Assembly: GCA_037924335.1 (NCBI GenBank)
Contig: JAXSMZ010000012.1
Location: 24,825-37,581 of the forward strand
DNA from: Aquificaceae bacterium
GTDB lineage: Bacteria > Aquificota > Aquificia > Aquificales > Aquificaceae
Length of the DNA: 12,757 nt
Direction: 5' to 3'
A program made the position numbers and the translations under genes. A model generated the notes under the pieces. The model ran no database searches and was not told where the DNA came from. It was given only the letters and a program-made list of their open reading frames with translations. Below are positions 1 through 8,582 of the stretch, in pieces; the first letter of the stretch is position 1; each line of letters opens with the position of its first letter.

Positions 1-1
1 A

Positions 2-2704
2 TACTTTTACGGTAAAAGGTTTAAATCTGCGGAGCTTAAAAAGTACCATATGGGAGAAGAGTCGGACGACATTATATGGAAGAACGCAGACCTTGCCTTT
101 ATAGAGAAGGGGGCACTCCATATTGTAGATTTCAAGCTTGGAGGGGTAATGAAGTTCCTTAGGGAAATTTTGATAAAAACAGACAATAGAATACCAGTAC
201 CCACTTACGGCATACCCGTTAACCTTTCTCTTGGAGAGCTTGAATTTTATGGCTTTTTGGAAAAGTTTATGCAGGCAAAGGAAAAGTTAAGGGAATCCTT
301 TGATGTTTTTGTGGAAAATAAGGGGCTTTTGCAGACCCTTTGCTATGCGGTGGATTTCCTTTGTTCTGAAAAGGACCCTGTGAGTGAGGTGAGCTTGGAG
401 CTTATATATCCAATGCATGAGCCTTTGAACCTTAGGTTCTTTGTAAAGAATAGGGATAAGCTAAGGGAGTTTTTAAGTGAACTGAAGGAATTATACAGGG
501 ACATAAAACAAAAAGAAAGCCCTTACGGAGAGGCGGATACAGAACGTAGAATTAGAAAAGAAAGGATAAGAAAAGAGACAGAGCAAAGTATAAAGGAACT
601 CCAGAGGGAAATAGAAGAAAGAGAGAAAGAAAGCCTTACACTGGAAACTGGGGATATAAACTCTGCGAGGGACGATGTTAAAAGAAGGCTGGAAGATTTT
701 GTAAAAAGACCAGAGACTTGCAAGGCTATAGCACTTCTTCACTCTGCAGGGAGTGGGAAGACTTCAAGGACAAGGGATATGATACTAAACTTGGAAGGAA
801 AACACATAGTCCTTTATATGGCAACACGTCTAGCCCTTTTAACCAGAGAGCTTGAAAAACTTAAAGAGATAAAAGAAAAATCTCATAAAAGCATAGAGCT
901 GGTTTATGAAAGGGGGCAACAAAGCCAAGGCAAAAAAGCCATAGACAGGGGTACCCACTTTGAGACTATAGAAAACAAGAAGAGGGGCAAGCTAATTGCC
1001 ACAGTGGATGAGGTCCATAAACTCGCACAGGACAAAAAACCAGACATTATATGGGCTTTTACCACTATACAAGCTTTGGTAGAAAAGGCTTCTGGAAAAT
1101 ATACTTCTGAACACTTGAAGCTACTCCAAAGACCAACCTTTAAAGACTATCACATACATATAATCCTTGATGAGTTTTTTGGACACAAAAATGGACTCTT
1201 TGCCATAACGGAGGTGTTTAGGTTTTTGGAAGAGATGAAGGGGATAGGAAGGAAGGCAAGCCTTTACGTCTTTGATGCCAATGGATACTCTCCAAACCTT
1301 TTGGAAAAGCTTATAAAGGAATACGAAGAGTTTGAGGTTATACCAGACTCCTTGGTTTTGAGCCAATATGAGGAAGAGCTAAAAACTCATTATAGATATA
1401 TACCCTTTGAAATCTATGCAAGGCATGGCTTTCCTGCCAATGGGCTTGTGGTTTATAAGAAGTTTATGAAGGTAGAGAGAGAGGAGCAAATTCCTAAGCT
1501 GGTGGCAGATTACATAAAGAGCACTTTAAAAAAAGGAGAAAGTACGGGCTTTGCCTTTATTCAAAACAAGGAGCTTATAGTGAAAGTCTCCGAGGAGCTT
1601 GATAAGGTAGGACTCTCTTCTATGAGAGCTACTGCCAGTTCAAAAAAGAGCCAGGAGCAGATAAACAATGGTACAGAGGATGTGATCTTGGGCACTTCTT
1701 CCGTTTCAAGGGGTCTTGACTTTAGCAGGCCGCACAAGCCAGTGGATTATATATACATAGTGGTTCAAGCCTGGGGCATAGAGAATAACCTTGTAGAAAC
1801 CATACAAGCCCTATCCCGTTCAAGGGGGGATGAGGAGACAGAGAGCAGGCAAAAGCATCTCCATCTGATCTACATAATAGACCAGAATATAGACTATAGA
1901 GTGGAAAACATAGTAAGCTATATGGACCATCCAGATAAGGACCTTGTAAGGCTTATATATACAAAAGAACAGTTGGAAGGCTTTTTAGACCTTGACTCTG
2001 CCATTACAAGAATTGTGGAGCAGTTCCTTTCTAAGCCAAAAGAGAGGGTGCTTGTGCCAGTGCCTACCCAGCATAGAAGCAGGTATATAAACAACGTCAT
2101 ATCAATGTATGAGAATGCTTCCGCCTTTGTGGAAGATATATACCATATGGAGAAGGGAGATGATATCCGCAGTTTTATAAGGCTTCTTGGAAGCACAGCC
2201 TACACATACACAACTCTTAAAAGATTAGAAGATTTACGGAACTTTGACTACTATCATCCTTACATACTCCTTGAAGACCATGAGATATACCTAAAAACAG
2301 ACAATGAGAAAAGGAACCGGCTTAAAAAACTCTTTGAAAAGATAGAACCTGTCTTAGGAGAACACAACAAGGAAAGAACTCAAGACGTAAAAGATTTTTT
2401 GGATAAGGTGTCGCCTATAGAGGAAAACAAGGCGCCATTGCTTATACCTGTATATTCCATAGTTTTTGTGAAAAACTGGTTAAGGGAAAATGGAAAGCTT
2501 GAATTTAGGATAAGTAATAGGGTTGGAAGAGGACATGCGGAAGTTTTAGGGGGAGATTTGGGTCCAAAAACTCTCTGCTACTTGGGTAGCCCTATAGAGT
2601 ATGCCTGCATACCCTTAGGAGAGAACTATCCTTACAAAGAGGTTTTAAGTGGTAGGTTTGCTAAATTCCCTGTAAAATTTATTAAAAGCCTTTTGGAGGG
2701 ATAA
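2..2704 (+). CDS. Nuclease-helicase fusion: N-terminal RecB/Cas4-like PD-(D/E)xK nuclease, charged helical linker and divergent SF2 helicase; probably 5'-truncated by the window edge
   Basis: The frame is open from base 2 (YFYGKRFKSAELKKYH-M) into the ATG at 50, so the true start is probably upstream. Nuclease motifs: AD (86-91), IVDFK (122-136), QTLCYA (332-349). Helicase motifs: Walker A HSAGSGKTS (740-766), Walker B IILDEFF (1160-1180), motif V-like GTSSVSRGLDF (1691-1723), motif VI-like QALSRSRG (1805-1828). Stop TAA at 2702-2704. Confidence 0.8.
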   Translation, partial: YFYGKRFKSAELKKYHMGEESDDIIWKNADLAFIEKGALHIVDFKLGGVMKFLREILIKTDNRIPVPTYGIPVNLSLGELEFYGFLEKFMQAKEKLRESFDVFVENKGLLQTLCYAVDFLCSEKDPVSEVSLELIYPMHEPLNLRFFVKNRDKLREFLSELKELYRDIKQKESPYGEADTERRIRKERIRKETEQSIKELQREIEEREKESLTLETGDINSARDDVKRRLEDFVKRPETCKAIALLHSAGSGKTSRTRDMILNLEGKHIVLYMATRLALLTRELEKLKEIKEKSHKSIELVYERGQQSQGKKAIDRGTHFETIENKKRGKLIATVDEVHKLAQDKKPDIIWAFTTIQALVEKASGKYTSEHLKLLQRPTFKDYHIHIILDEFFGHKNGLFAITEVFRFLEEMKGIGRKASLYVFDANGYSPNLLEKLIKEYEEFEVIPDSLVLSQYEEELKTHYRYIPFEIYARHGFPANGLVVYKKFMKVEREEQIPKLVADYIKSTLKKGESTGFAFIQNKELIVKVSEELDKVGLSSMRATASSKKSQEQINNGTEDVILGTSSVSRGLDFSRPHKPVDYIYIVVQAWGIENNLVETIQALSRSRGDEETESRQKHLHLIYIIDQNIDYRVENIVSYMDHPDKDLVRLIYTKEQLEGFLDLDSAITRIVEQFLSKPKERVLVPVPTQHRSRYINNVISMYENASAFVEDIYHMEKGDDIRSFIRLLGSTAYTYTTLKRLEDLRNFDYYHPYILLEDHEIYLKTDNEKRNRLKKLFEKIEPVLGEHNKERTQDVKDFLDKVSPIEENKAPLLIPVYSIVFVKNWLRENGKLEFRISNRVGRGHAEVLGGDLGPKTLCYLGSPIEYACIPLGENYPYKEVLSGRFAKFPVKFIKSLLEG
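2695..2699 (+). promoter_or_regulatory. Shine-Dalgarno site for the 2707 ORF
   Basis: GGAGG lies 7 nt upstream of ATG 2707, inside the last codons of the helicase gene. Confidence 0.75.
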
Positions 2705-2706
2705 AG

Positions 2707-5034
2707 ATGTATGAAAGCAGGTTTAAGGAAGAGGATGAAAGGCTAAACGCCTTTGCAAAAGGGGAACATTACGGTAGCAACTTCATTTATGCGGGTCTTT
2801 TTTACAATAATGAGCAAGACTACATGCAGAGTATTGCCAACTTGGTTCATAGGCTTGTAAAAAGAAAGGATGTAAGGGCAGAATACAGCAGGTTTCTATC
2901 CGAAGGCAAACCTATAGAAGGACAAGCTCTATATTCCACACAGGAAATTAAGGGATGGATAAAGCCTTGGAGCATATTTAAAAATACACAAACTGCCAGT
3001 TTTTCAAGGTTTGCACCAAACAGCAGGTTTAACATCTACGAACTGAAAACGTTTTCATCTTCTGAGATGGACGATAGGGCTGGGCTTGTCTTTTTGAAGG
3101 TGAGAGGTTACGAAGATGTGGAGTTTGGTAGGGAGATAGAGTGGAAGGCAAAGAAGGACCTGATGGATGAATGGATAAGGCTCACGGACAACCAAAATGT
3201 TAAAAGCTATCTTCAAGAGGTAAGGGAGATATACCGCTTATTGGAAGAGGCACTGCCAGACAGCTATTATAAGCTACCAGCTTCAAGGATTGCCTACTAC
3301 CTTTTCCCTATAGAGCTAAGGTCCTTTGAAGGTATGGTGATTGTTTCAAAGGCAAGCCTTTACAAGAGAAGGGATGAAACAAGGCAGGAGTTCTGGAAGA
3401 AGATATTGGAAGAGTTTGAATCTACAGAAGATAATAAGAGAGCCAAGAAGGACTTGGAATATGTCTTAGAGGAAAAAGGAAAGGAACTAAGCTACCTTGA
3501 GGAGGTTTTAAAGAAGGCTTTGAGCCAAGAGCATTTGAACCTGCTGAGAAGAGATTGGAAGGAGTTCCTAAGAAAGTGTTTGAGGGGGAAAAGCGATAAG
3601 CTTTCTGCCCTTTTTGCTGGAAAGGTGCAAGAGAAAAATCCACCTTGGGTTTCCTTTGGTACCTACTTTGTTCCCAGTGTAGAGCTTGAACTCTTTGTTT
3701 ATGCAGAAAAGGGCTTTGATGTGGATGGTATGAGTGCGGAAGATGTGGTGAAGATAGTAAACAAAGAATTCTCAAAATTTCGCTTTTTGGGAAACGCCAA
3801 GATAAAGTTAAATGAGAAGGTTATGGCTATAGAGGAACTTTTCGGTGGAGGAGACCTATTTAAACTCATAAAGGGGGACAACCTGCAGAATAGCAGGCTA
3901 AAAAGGGAAGATTCTGTAAACCTTACCTATTCTCTATGCTATTTTTCTACAAGAATCTCGAGCCTTATAGCTGAGATAAAGGATGGAAAGCACAAAAACA
4001 AATTTACTGGGATTTTGCTGATTTTGAATACAGAGTTTGAGGAAAGTGAGAGATACGCCCTTTGGGATGTGGTGAGCTTTATATACGACTACTTTGGAGT
4101 CCCTGTTCAGACCCTTACCAAAAGGTCTCTGCGTGTGATAATAAAGGGGAAAGAAAAACAAAGGGAGTCTGTCATCAAAAACATTGCCATAAGCCTATAC
4201 AAAGATTCAAAAGTCCTTGAGATAGGCTTTGATGGTTTCTCTCTTCCCCGTGAAGTAACAGTGTACGCTATAGTTGAAAAGCCATCTCCAAGATTCTTCT
4301 ACAGGTGGGGTGAGCTGAACGGTGGAGCAAGGCATTACCTTTATGAGATTTACAAGATTAGTATACAAGGCAAAAAAGCCCAGATAGGGCTTGAAAACAA
4401 GTTTTTTGAATTGCAGGGCATGAGAGAGTTGGGTATAGAAAGATGGATAGAGGAAAAGAAGAGCTATCAGAATACCAAATTTTGCTTTATAACAGCTTCA
4501 AAAGAATCCAAGTTAGTGGAGCTATACAGCAAGTTTTCTACACCAAAAGAGGAGCATAAGTTTTTGCTAATAAGGTACGATGAGCTAAAGACTGCCTACT
4601 TTTCTGAGAAAACAGAACAGCACTGCTTTATAGTCTACACGCAGGAGATGAGGAAGCTCATGGAAAGACTGGCTATTGCGATGGAAAGGGATATGGCAGC
4701 CATTGCCCTAAAGCCAGCCCACGCTAAATCCATAGAAGACGAGATGTACCATCCTTCCTTACAGCTTTTCTTTACAGAAAGGGTAGGATGGGAAAGGGAT
4801 GATGTGTACTCCGAGAGAAAGAACCTATTTATCTTTACAGTGCTTGCCCTTTCCATGTACGAGAGCGAGTCTTTTATAACACCCTTTAGTAAGCTGAGCA
4901 TATGGTCAAAGGAAAGGAACTACTACCTTACTGTAAAGAGGAAAGATATGGACTACAGGTTTCCCCTAAAGCCAGTCCTTTATGAAATGCTGATGTTTAC
5001 TCAAGAAAGACCAGGAATAGGAGGTATAGAATGA
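2707..5034 (+). CDS. 775-aa hypothetical protein; putative divergent Argonaute/PIWI-like (MID-PIWI) protein, probably catalytically inactive
   Basis: The CDS itself is secure (long ORF with SD). MID-like segment GILLIL...[19 protein letters not shown]...[11 protein letters not shown] (about 4009-4203) resembles the Ago pattern 'gipsQ...NialqinaK'. The C-terminal YHPSLQLFF...[12 protein letters not shown]...ITP resembles the end of a PIWI domain. Size matches long pAgos. No convincing DEDX tetrad. The function is inferred. Confidence 0.55.
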   Translation: MYESRFKEEDERLNAFAKGEHYGSNFIYAGLFYNNEQDYMQSIANLVHRLVKRKDVRAEYSRFLSEGKPIEGQALYSTQEIKGWIKPWSIFKNTQTASFSRFAPNSRFNIYELKTFSSSEMDDRAGLVFLKVRGYEDVEFGREIEWKAKKDLMDEWIRLTDNQNVKSYLQEVREIYRLLEEALPDSYYKLPASRIAYYLFPIELRSFEGMVIVSKASLYKRRDETRQEFWKKILEEFESTEDNKRAKKDLEYVLEEKGKELSYLEEVLKKALSQEHLNLLRRDWKEFLRKCLRGKSDKLSALFAGKVQEKNPPWVSFGTYFVPSVELELFVYAEKGFDVDGMSAEDVVKIVNKEFSKFRFLGNAKIKLNEKVMAIEELFGGGDLFKLIKGDNLQNSRLKREDSVNLTYSLCYFSTRISSLIAEIKDGKHKNKFTGILLILNTEFEESERYALWDVVSFIYDYFGVPVQTLTKRSLRVIIKGKEKQRESVIKNIAISLYKDSKVLEIGFDGFSLPREVTVYAIVEKPSPRFFYRWGELNGGARHYLYEIYKISIQGKKAQIGLENKFFELQGMRELGIERWIEEKKSYQNTKFCFITASKESKLVELYSKFSTPKEEHKFLLIRYDELKTAYFSEKTEQHCFIVYTQEMRKLMERLAIAMERDMAAIALKPAHAKSIEDEMYHPSLQLFFTERVGWERDDVYSERKNLFIFTVLALSMYESESFITPFSKLSIWSKERNYYLTVKRKDMDYRFPLKPVLYEMLMFTQERPGIGGIE
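5019..5025 (+). promoter_or_regulatory. Shine-Dalgarno site for ppa
   Basis: AGGAGGT lies 5 nt upstream of ATG 5031, within the 3' end of the preceding ORF. Confidence 0.8.
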
Positions 5035-5561
5035 GCTATAAGAATCTTCCATCAGGAAAGAACCCGCCAGAGGACATCTATGTGGTGGTTGAGATCCCAC
5101 AAGACAGCCCTATAAAGTACGAGCTGGAAAAGGAGAGCGGTCTTGTGTTCGTGGACAGATTTCTATTCACTGCCATGCATTACCCTTTTAACTACGGCTT
5201 TGTACCTCAGACGCTAGCCGACGATGGTGACCCTGTGGATGTGCTGGTCATATCCAGATACCCTGTTGTTCCTGGGAGCGTTATAAGGTGTAGACCCATA
5301 GGTGGATTAGAGATGAGGGACGAAGAAGGGATAGATACAAAGCTCATAGCTGTCCCCCATTCTAAGGTTGACCCAACTTACGAAGATGTAAAGTCTGTGG
5401 AAGACCTTCCGAAAGTTTTGAAAGACAAGATAAAGCACTTCTTTGAACACTACAAAGAGTTAGAGCCTGGCAAGTGGGTAAAAGTGGAAAGTTTCAAAGG
5501 CATACAGTTTGCCATAGAGGAGATAAAGAAGGGCATAGAAAACTACAAAGCTAATGAATAA
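5031..5561 (+). CDS. ppa: Family I soluble inorganic pyrophosphatase
   Basis: VVEIP...KYE...VDRFL...[23 protein letters not shown] signature, [27 protein letters not shown]; 176 aa. Confidence 0.97.
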   Translation: MSYKNLPSGKNPPEDIYVVVEIPQDSPIKYELEKESGLVFVDRFLFTAMHYPFNYGFVPQTLADDGDPVDVLVISRYPVVPGSVIRCRPIGGLEMRDEEGIDTKLIAVPHSKVDPTYEDVKSVEDLPKVLKDKIKHFFEHYKELEPGKWVKVESFKGIQFAIEEIKKGIENYKANE

Positions 5562-6519
5562 AGAGATCCTTAAGCTAGCAAGGCGTGTATTTGATACGGA
5601 GATAGAGGAGCTCATAAGGTTAAGGGACAGTCTAGATGATTCTTTTGTGAAGGCTGTCTCTCTTATTCTTTCCTGCGAGGGCAAGGTTATCACCACAGGC
5701 ATAGGCAAGTCTGGACACGTTGCTCGAAAGATAGCATCCACACTTTCCAGCACTGGTACACCAGCAAGCTTCCTCCACCCTTCAGAAGCCCTTCATGGAG
5801 ACCTTGGGCTGATAGACACAAAAGACTTGGTCCTTGCCATATCCAACAGCGGTGAGTCTCCAGAAGTCGTCTCCCTAATACCCTACTTAAAGCTTCTGAA
5901 CATTCCACTCGTGGCAATAACCAACAGAGTTGATTCTACTCTGGCAAAGCATGCCGATGTACATCTTTTTTTGAACGTAAAGAAGGAGGCATGTCCTCTT
6001 GAGCTTGCACCCACGAGCTCCTCAACGGCATCCTTGGTCATCTGTGATGCCCTTGCCATGGTACTCTTGGAGCTAAGGGGTTTTACAAAAGAAGACTTTG
6101 CCTTAAGGCATCCTGCTGGTTCCCTAGGAAGAAAGTTAAAGCTTGTAAGGGACATATACCACACTGGGAAAGAAGTTCCCATAGTTCATAAAGACACACC
6201 AATGCCTGATGTGATAATAGAGATGACAAGCAAAGGATTTGGAGCTACAGCCGTAGTGGACCATGATGGGTTCTTGTGCGGCATAATCACTGATGGGGAC
6301 TTAAGGAGGTTTGTAAAGGGGGGAGGAGATTTTAACAGAAGCTTTGCAAGGGATGTTATGACAAGAAACCCTAAGACTGTGAAACCTCAAGAGCTTGCAG
6401 CAGAAGCCCTTAAAAAGATGGAAGACCATAATATAACTGTCCTTATAGTAGTAAATGAAAAGAACAAACCTGAAGGTATAATTCATATGCACGATGTACT
6501 AAAAGCGGGTGTTGTATGA
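5554..6519 (+). CDS. kdsD: KpsF/GutQ-family D-arabinose 5-phosphate isomerase (SIS domain plus tandem CBS domains)
   Basis: [63 protein letters not shown], and the CBS motif [10 protein letters not shown]; 321 aa. Confidence 0.93.
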   Translation: MNKEILKLARRVFDTEIEELIRLRDSLDDSFVKAVSLILSCEGKVITTGIGKSGHVARKIASTLSSTGTPASFLHPSEALHGDLGLIDTKDLVLAISNSGESPEVVSLIPYLKLLNIPLVAITNRVDSTLAKHADVHLFLNVKKEACPLELAPTSSSTASLVICDALAMVLLELRGFTKEDFALRHPAGSLGRKLKLVRDIYHTGKEVPIVHKDTPMPDVIIEMTSKGFGATAVVDHDGFLCGIITDGDLRRFVKGGGDFNRSFARDVMTRNPKTVKPQELAAEALKKMEDHNITVLIVVNEKNKPEGIIHMHDVLKAGVV

Positions 6520-7655
6520 AGATCAGCATTCTTGGCTCTACTGGCTCTGTAGGAAGTCAAACCCTTGAGGTTATAAAGTCTTACAGAGGAGAGTTTGAAG
6601 TTGTGGGGCTTGTTGCAAAAAGAGCATCGGAGAAGCTTCTCTCTCAAGCAATGGAATTTAAGCCTAAGTATGTGGTGTCTTACCAAGAGCCTTCAAAGGA
6701 ATGGATTGAGAGCCTTCCTCCAGAGTCTGAATACATAAAAGGAGAGGAAGGTTTGCTTGAAGTCATAGATGAATCAGATAGAACAGTCAATGCAATATCT
6801 GGAGTTGATGGTATATTACCTACTTACTATACACTAACCAGAGGGAAAATTCTGCTTGCTTCTAACAAGGAATCCATCATATGCCTTGGTAAGCTTGTAA
6901 AGGAGAAAAGGGACAAGATTATACCCATAGACAGCGAGCACAACGCCCTCTTTCAGCTCCTTTCCTTCACTGAGAGAGAACATTTAAGAAGGGTTTATCT
7001 TACAGCTTCTGGTGGACCATTCAGAGAAAAGTCCTTAGAGGAACTGAAGCATGTAAGCGTAAAAGAAGCCCTCAACCATCCCAAATGGAAGATGGGAGCA
7101 AAGATAACCATAGACTCTGCAACGCTGATGAACAAAGGTATTGAGATGATTGAAGCCATGAAGCTTTTCAACCTCGCAGTGGATGATATAGAGATAGTCA
7201 TACATCCCCAAAGCGTTGTTCATGGTATTGTGGAGCTAAAGGATGGAAGCTTCTTCTTTCATGTTTCACAAACTGATATGAAAGTGCCCATATTACATGC
7301 TCTTTTTTATCCAAAGAGGCAAAACTATCCCTTTGAAAGGAAAAGCTTACTGGAGCTATCACCCATAACCTTTGAAAGCGTTGACAGAGAAATATTTAGA
7401 GCCGTTTATCTATGCAGATGGGTTGCACAGATGGATGGTGCATACGTGCCAGCCCTTCTTGGTGCTGACGAGGCTGCAGTGGAGATGTTCTTAAGCGGTC
7501 AAATAGGCTTTTTGGATATTGTAAGGGTTGTTGAAGATGTTCTGAGCCAGGTCAGCATGCCAGACCCAAACACTCTAAACCAGACCTTGGAGATTGTAAA
7601 ATGGGCTTACAGTAAAGGTAAAGATGTGGCCAAAAGCTACAAACCTATGCTATAA
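6516..7655 (+). CDS. dxr: 1-deoxy-D-xylulose 5-phosphate reductoisomerase (MEP pathway)
   Basis: [14 protein letters not shown]-binding loop, [54 protein letters not shown]. Confidence 0.97.
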   Translation: MKISILGSTGSVGSQTLEVIKSYRGEFEVVGLVAKRASEKLLSQAMEFKPKYVVSYQEPSKEWIESLPPESEYIKGEEGLLEVIDESDRTVNAISGVDGILPTYYTLTRGKILLASNKESIICLGKLVKEKRDKIIPIDSEHNALFQLLSFTEREHLRRVYLTASGGPFREKSLEELKHVSVKEALNHPKWKMGAKITIDSATLMNKGIEMIEAMKLFNLAVDDIEIVIHPQSVVHGIVELKDGSFFFHVSQTDMKVPILHALFYPKRQNYPFERKSLLELSPITFESVDREIFRAVYLCRWVAQMDGAYVPALLGADEAAVEMFLSGQIGFLDIVRVVEDVLSQVSMPDPNTLNQTLEIVKWAYSKGKDVAKSYKPML

Positions 7656-7656
7656 T
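7648..7656 (+). promoter_or_regulatory. Extended -10 sigma70-type internal promoter upstream of ilvE
   Basis: Perfect TG-C-TATAAT overlapping the dxr stop codon, with 8 nt between it and the ilvE ATG. Weak -35-like TGGCCA at 7627-7632. Confidence 0.6.
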
Positions 7657-7664
7657 CAGTACTT

Positions 7665-8582
7665 ATGGAATACGCTTTATTCGAGGGGAATATAGTACCA
7701 GTAGAAAAAGCCAACATAAACATAAAGACAAACTCCTTCCACTACGGAACTGCAGTCTTTGAGGGTATAAGGGCTTACTGGAACGGAGAAGAGCAACAAC
7801 TTTACATACTCTTTGTAAGGGAACATTACAATAGGCTCTTAAAGAACGCAAAGGCTATGTTTATGGAGATTCCTTACAGCGTAGAGGAGCTTGTAGAGAT
7901 AACCAAAGAGCTCTTGAGGAGAAGCGAGGTAAGACAGGATATTTACATACGCCCCATAGTTTACTTTAAAGACCTTGCCCTAACGCCCAAGCTGATAGGT
8001 TACACTCCAGAGATTGCCATATACATTTACAACTTTGGAAGGTATCTGGATACATCTAAGGGAATAAAGGTTAAGGTCTCATCTTGGAGGAGGAATGATG
8101 ACAATTCCATACCTTCAAGGTGGAAGGTAACAGGAGCTTATGTTAACAGTGCCTTAGCCAAGACAGAAGCCCTCATGGCTGGGTATGACGAGGCAATAAT
8201 GCTAAACCAGCATGGCTTTGTCTCTGAAGGCTCTGGGGAGAACATATTCCTTATAAGAAACTCAAAAGCAATAACACCCGCTTACTCGGAGCATATACTG
8301 GAAGGAATAACAAGGTCTGCAGTCATAAAGCTTCTTGAGAAGGACATGTTGGTCAATGTGGAACAGAGGGCTGTGGCAAGGAGCGAGCTCTATGCATGTG
8401 ATGAGCTTTTCATGACTGGCACTGCTGCGGAAGTAACACCCATAGTAGAAGTAGACAACAGGAAGGTTGGTGATGGAAACATTGGGAAAATCACAAAAGA
8501 ACTACAGGAGCTATACTTTAACGCAGTAAGGGGAAGGATAGAAAGGTACAAAGTCTGGCTCACACCCGTCTATGAAAAGTGA
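7665..8582 (+). CDS. ilvE: Branched-chain amino acid aminotransferase (PLP fold type IV)
   Basis: FHYGTAVFEGIRAY, YIRP, PLP lysine in RWKVTGAYVNS, EGSGENIF, ILEGITR, ELFMTGTAAEVTPI. Confidence 0.95.
   Translation: MEYALFEGNIVPVEKANINIKTNSFHYGTAVFEGIRAYWNGEEQQLYILFVREHYNRLLKNAKAMFMEIPYSVEELVEITKELLRRSEVRQDIYIRPIVYFKDLALTPKLIGYTPEIAIYIYNFGRYLDTSKGIKVKVSSWRRNDDNSIPSRWKVTGAYVNSALAKTEALMAGYDEAIMLNQHGFVSEGSGENIFLIRNSKAITPAYSEHILEGITRSAVIKLLEKDMLVNVEQRAVARSELYACDELFMTGTAAEVTPIVEVDNRKVGDGNIGKITKELQELYFNAVRGRIERYKVWLTPVYEK

Noticed and set aside
50..52. ATG 50 as the start of the nuclease-helicase gene
   Set aside because: The frame is open to the window edge, the nearest SD-like GGAG (31-34) is 15 nt away, and the nuclease motif begins only about 13 codons in. 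An upstream start is more likely.
1525..1534. TTTAAAAAAA slippery run in ORF1 (and a similar A7G5 run near 10948-10959)
   Set aside because: The reading frames are intact with essential motifs downstream, no stimulatory structure is evident, and A-runs are common in this Lys-rich sequence.
2..2704. Cas3, Cas4 or type I restriction HsdR assignment for ORF1
   Set aside because: No HD domain, no Cas4 cysteine cluster, no cas, hsdM or hsdS genes and no CRISPR array in the window, and Walker B is not DExH.
4222..4233. IGFD as the first catalytic Asp of an active Argonaute
   Set aside because: It is too close to the MID-like helix compared with characterised pAgos, and no matching RDG or other tetrad residue is found. 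Not used as evidence of slicing.
926..4380. Two exact 15-mers shared by ORF1 and ORF2: CAAGGCAAAAAAGCC (926, 4366) and AAGGCAAGCCTTTAC (1253, 3349)
   Set aside because: They encode short peptides (QGKKA, KASLY) in common codons, occur in non-collinear order and show no flanking similarity, so chance in biased sequence is plausible.
6516..7655. Dxr motif variants ([14 protein letters not shown] instead of NAANE)
   Set aside because: The metal- and substrate-binding motifs DSEH and NKGIE are intact, so this is ordinary lineage divergence.
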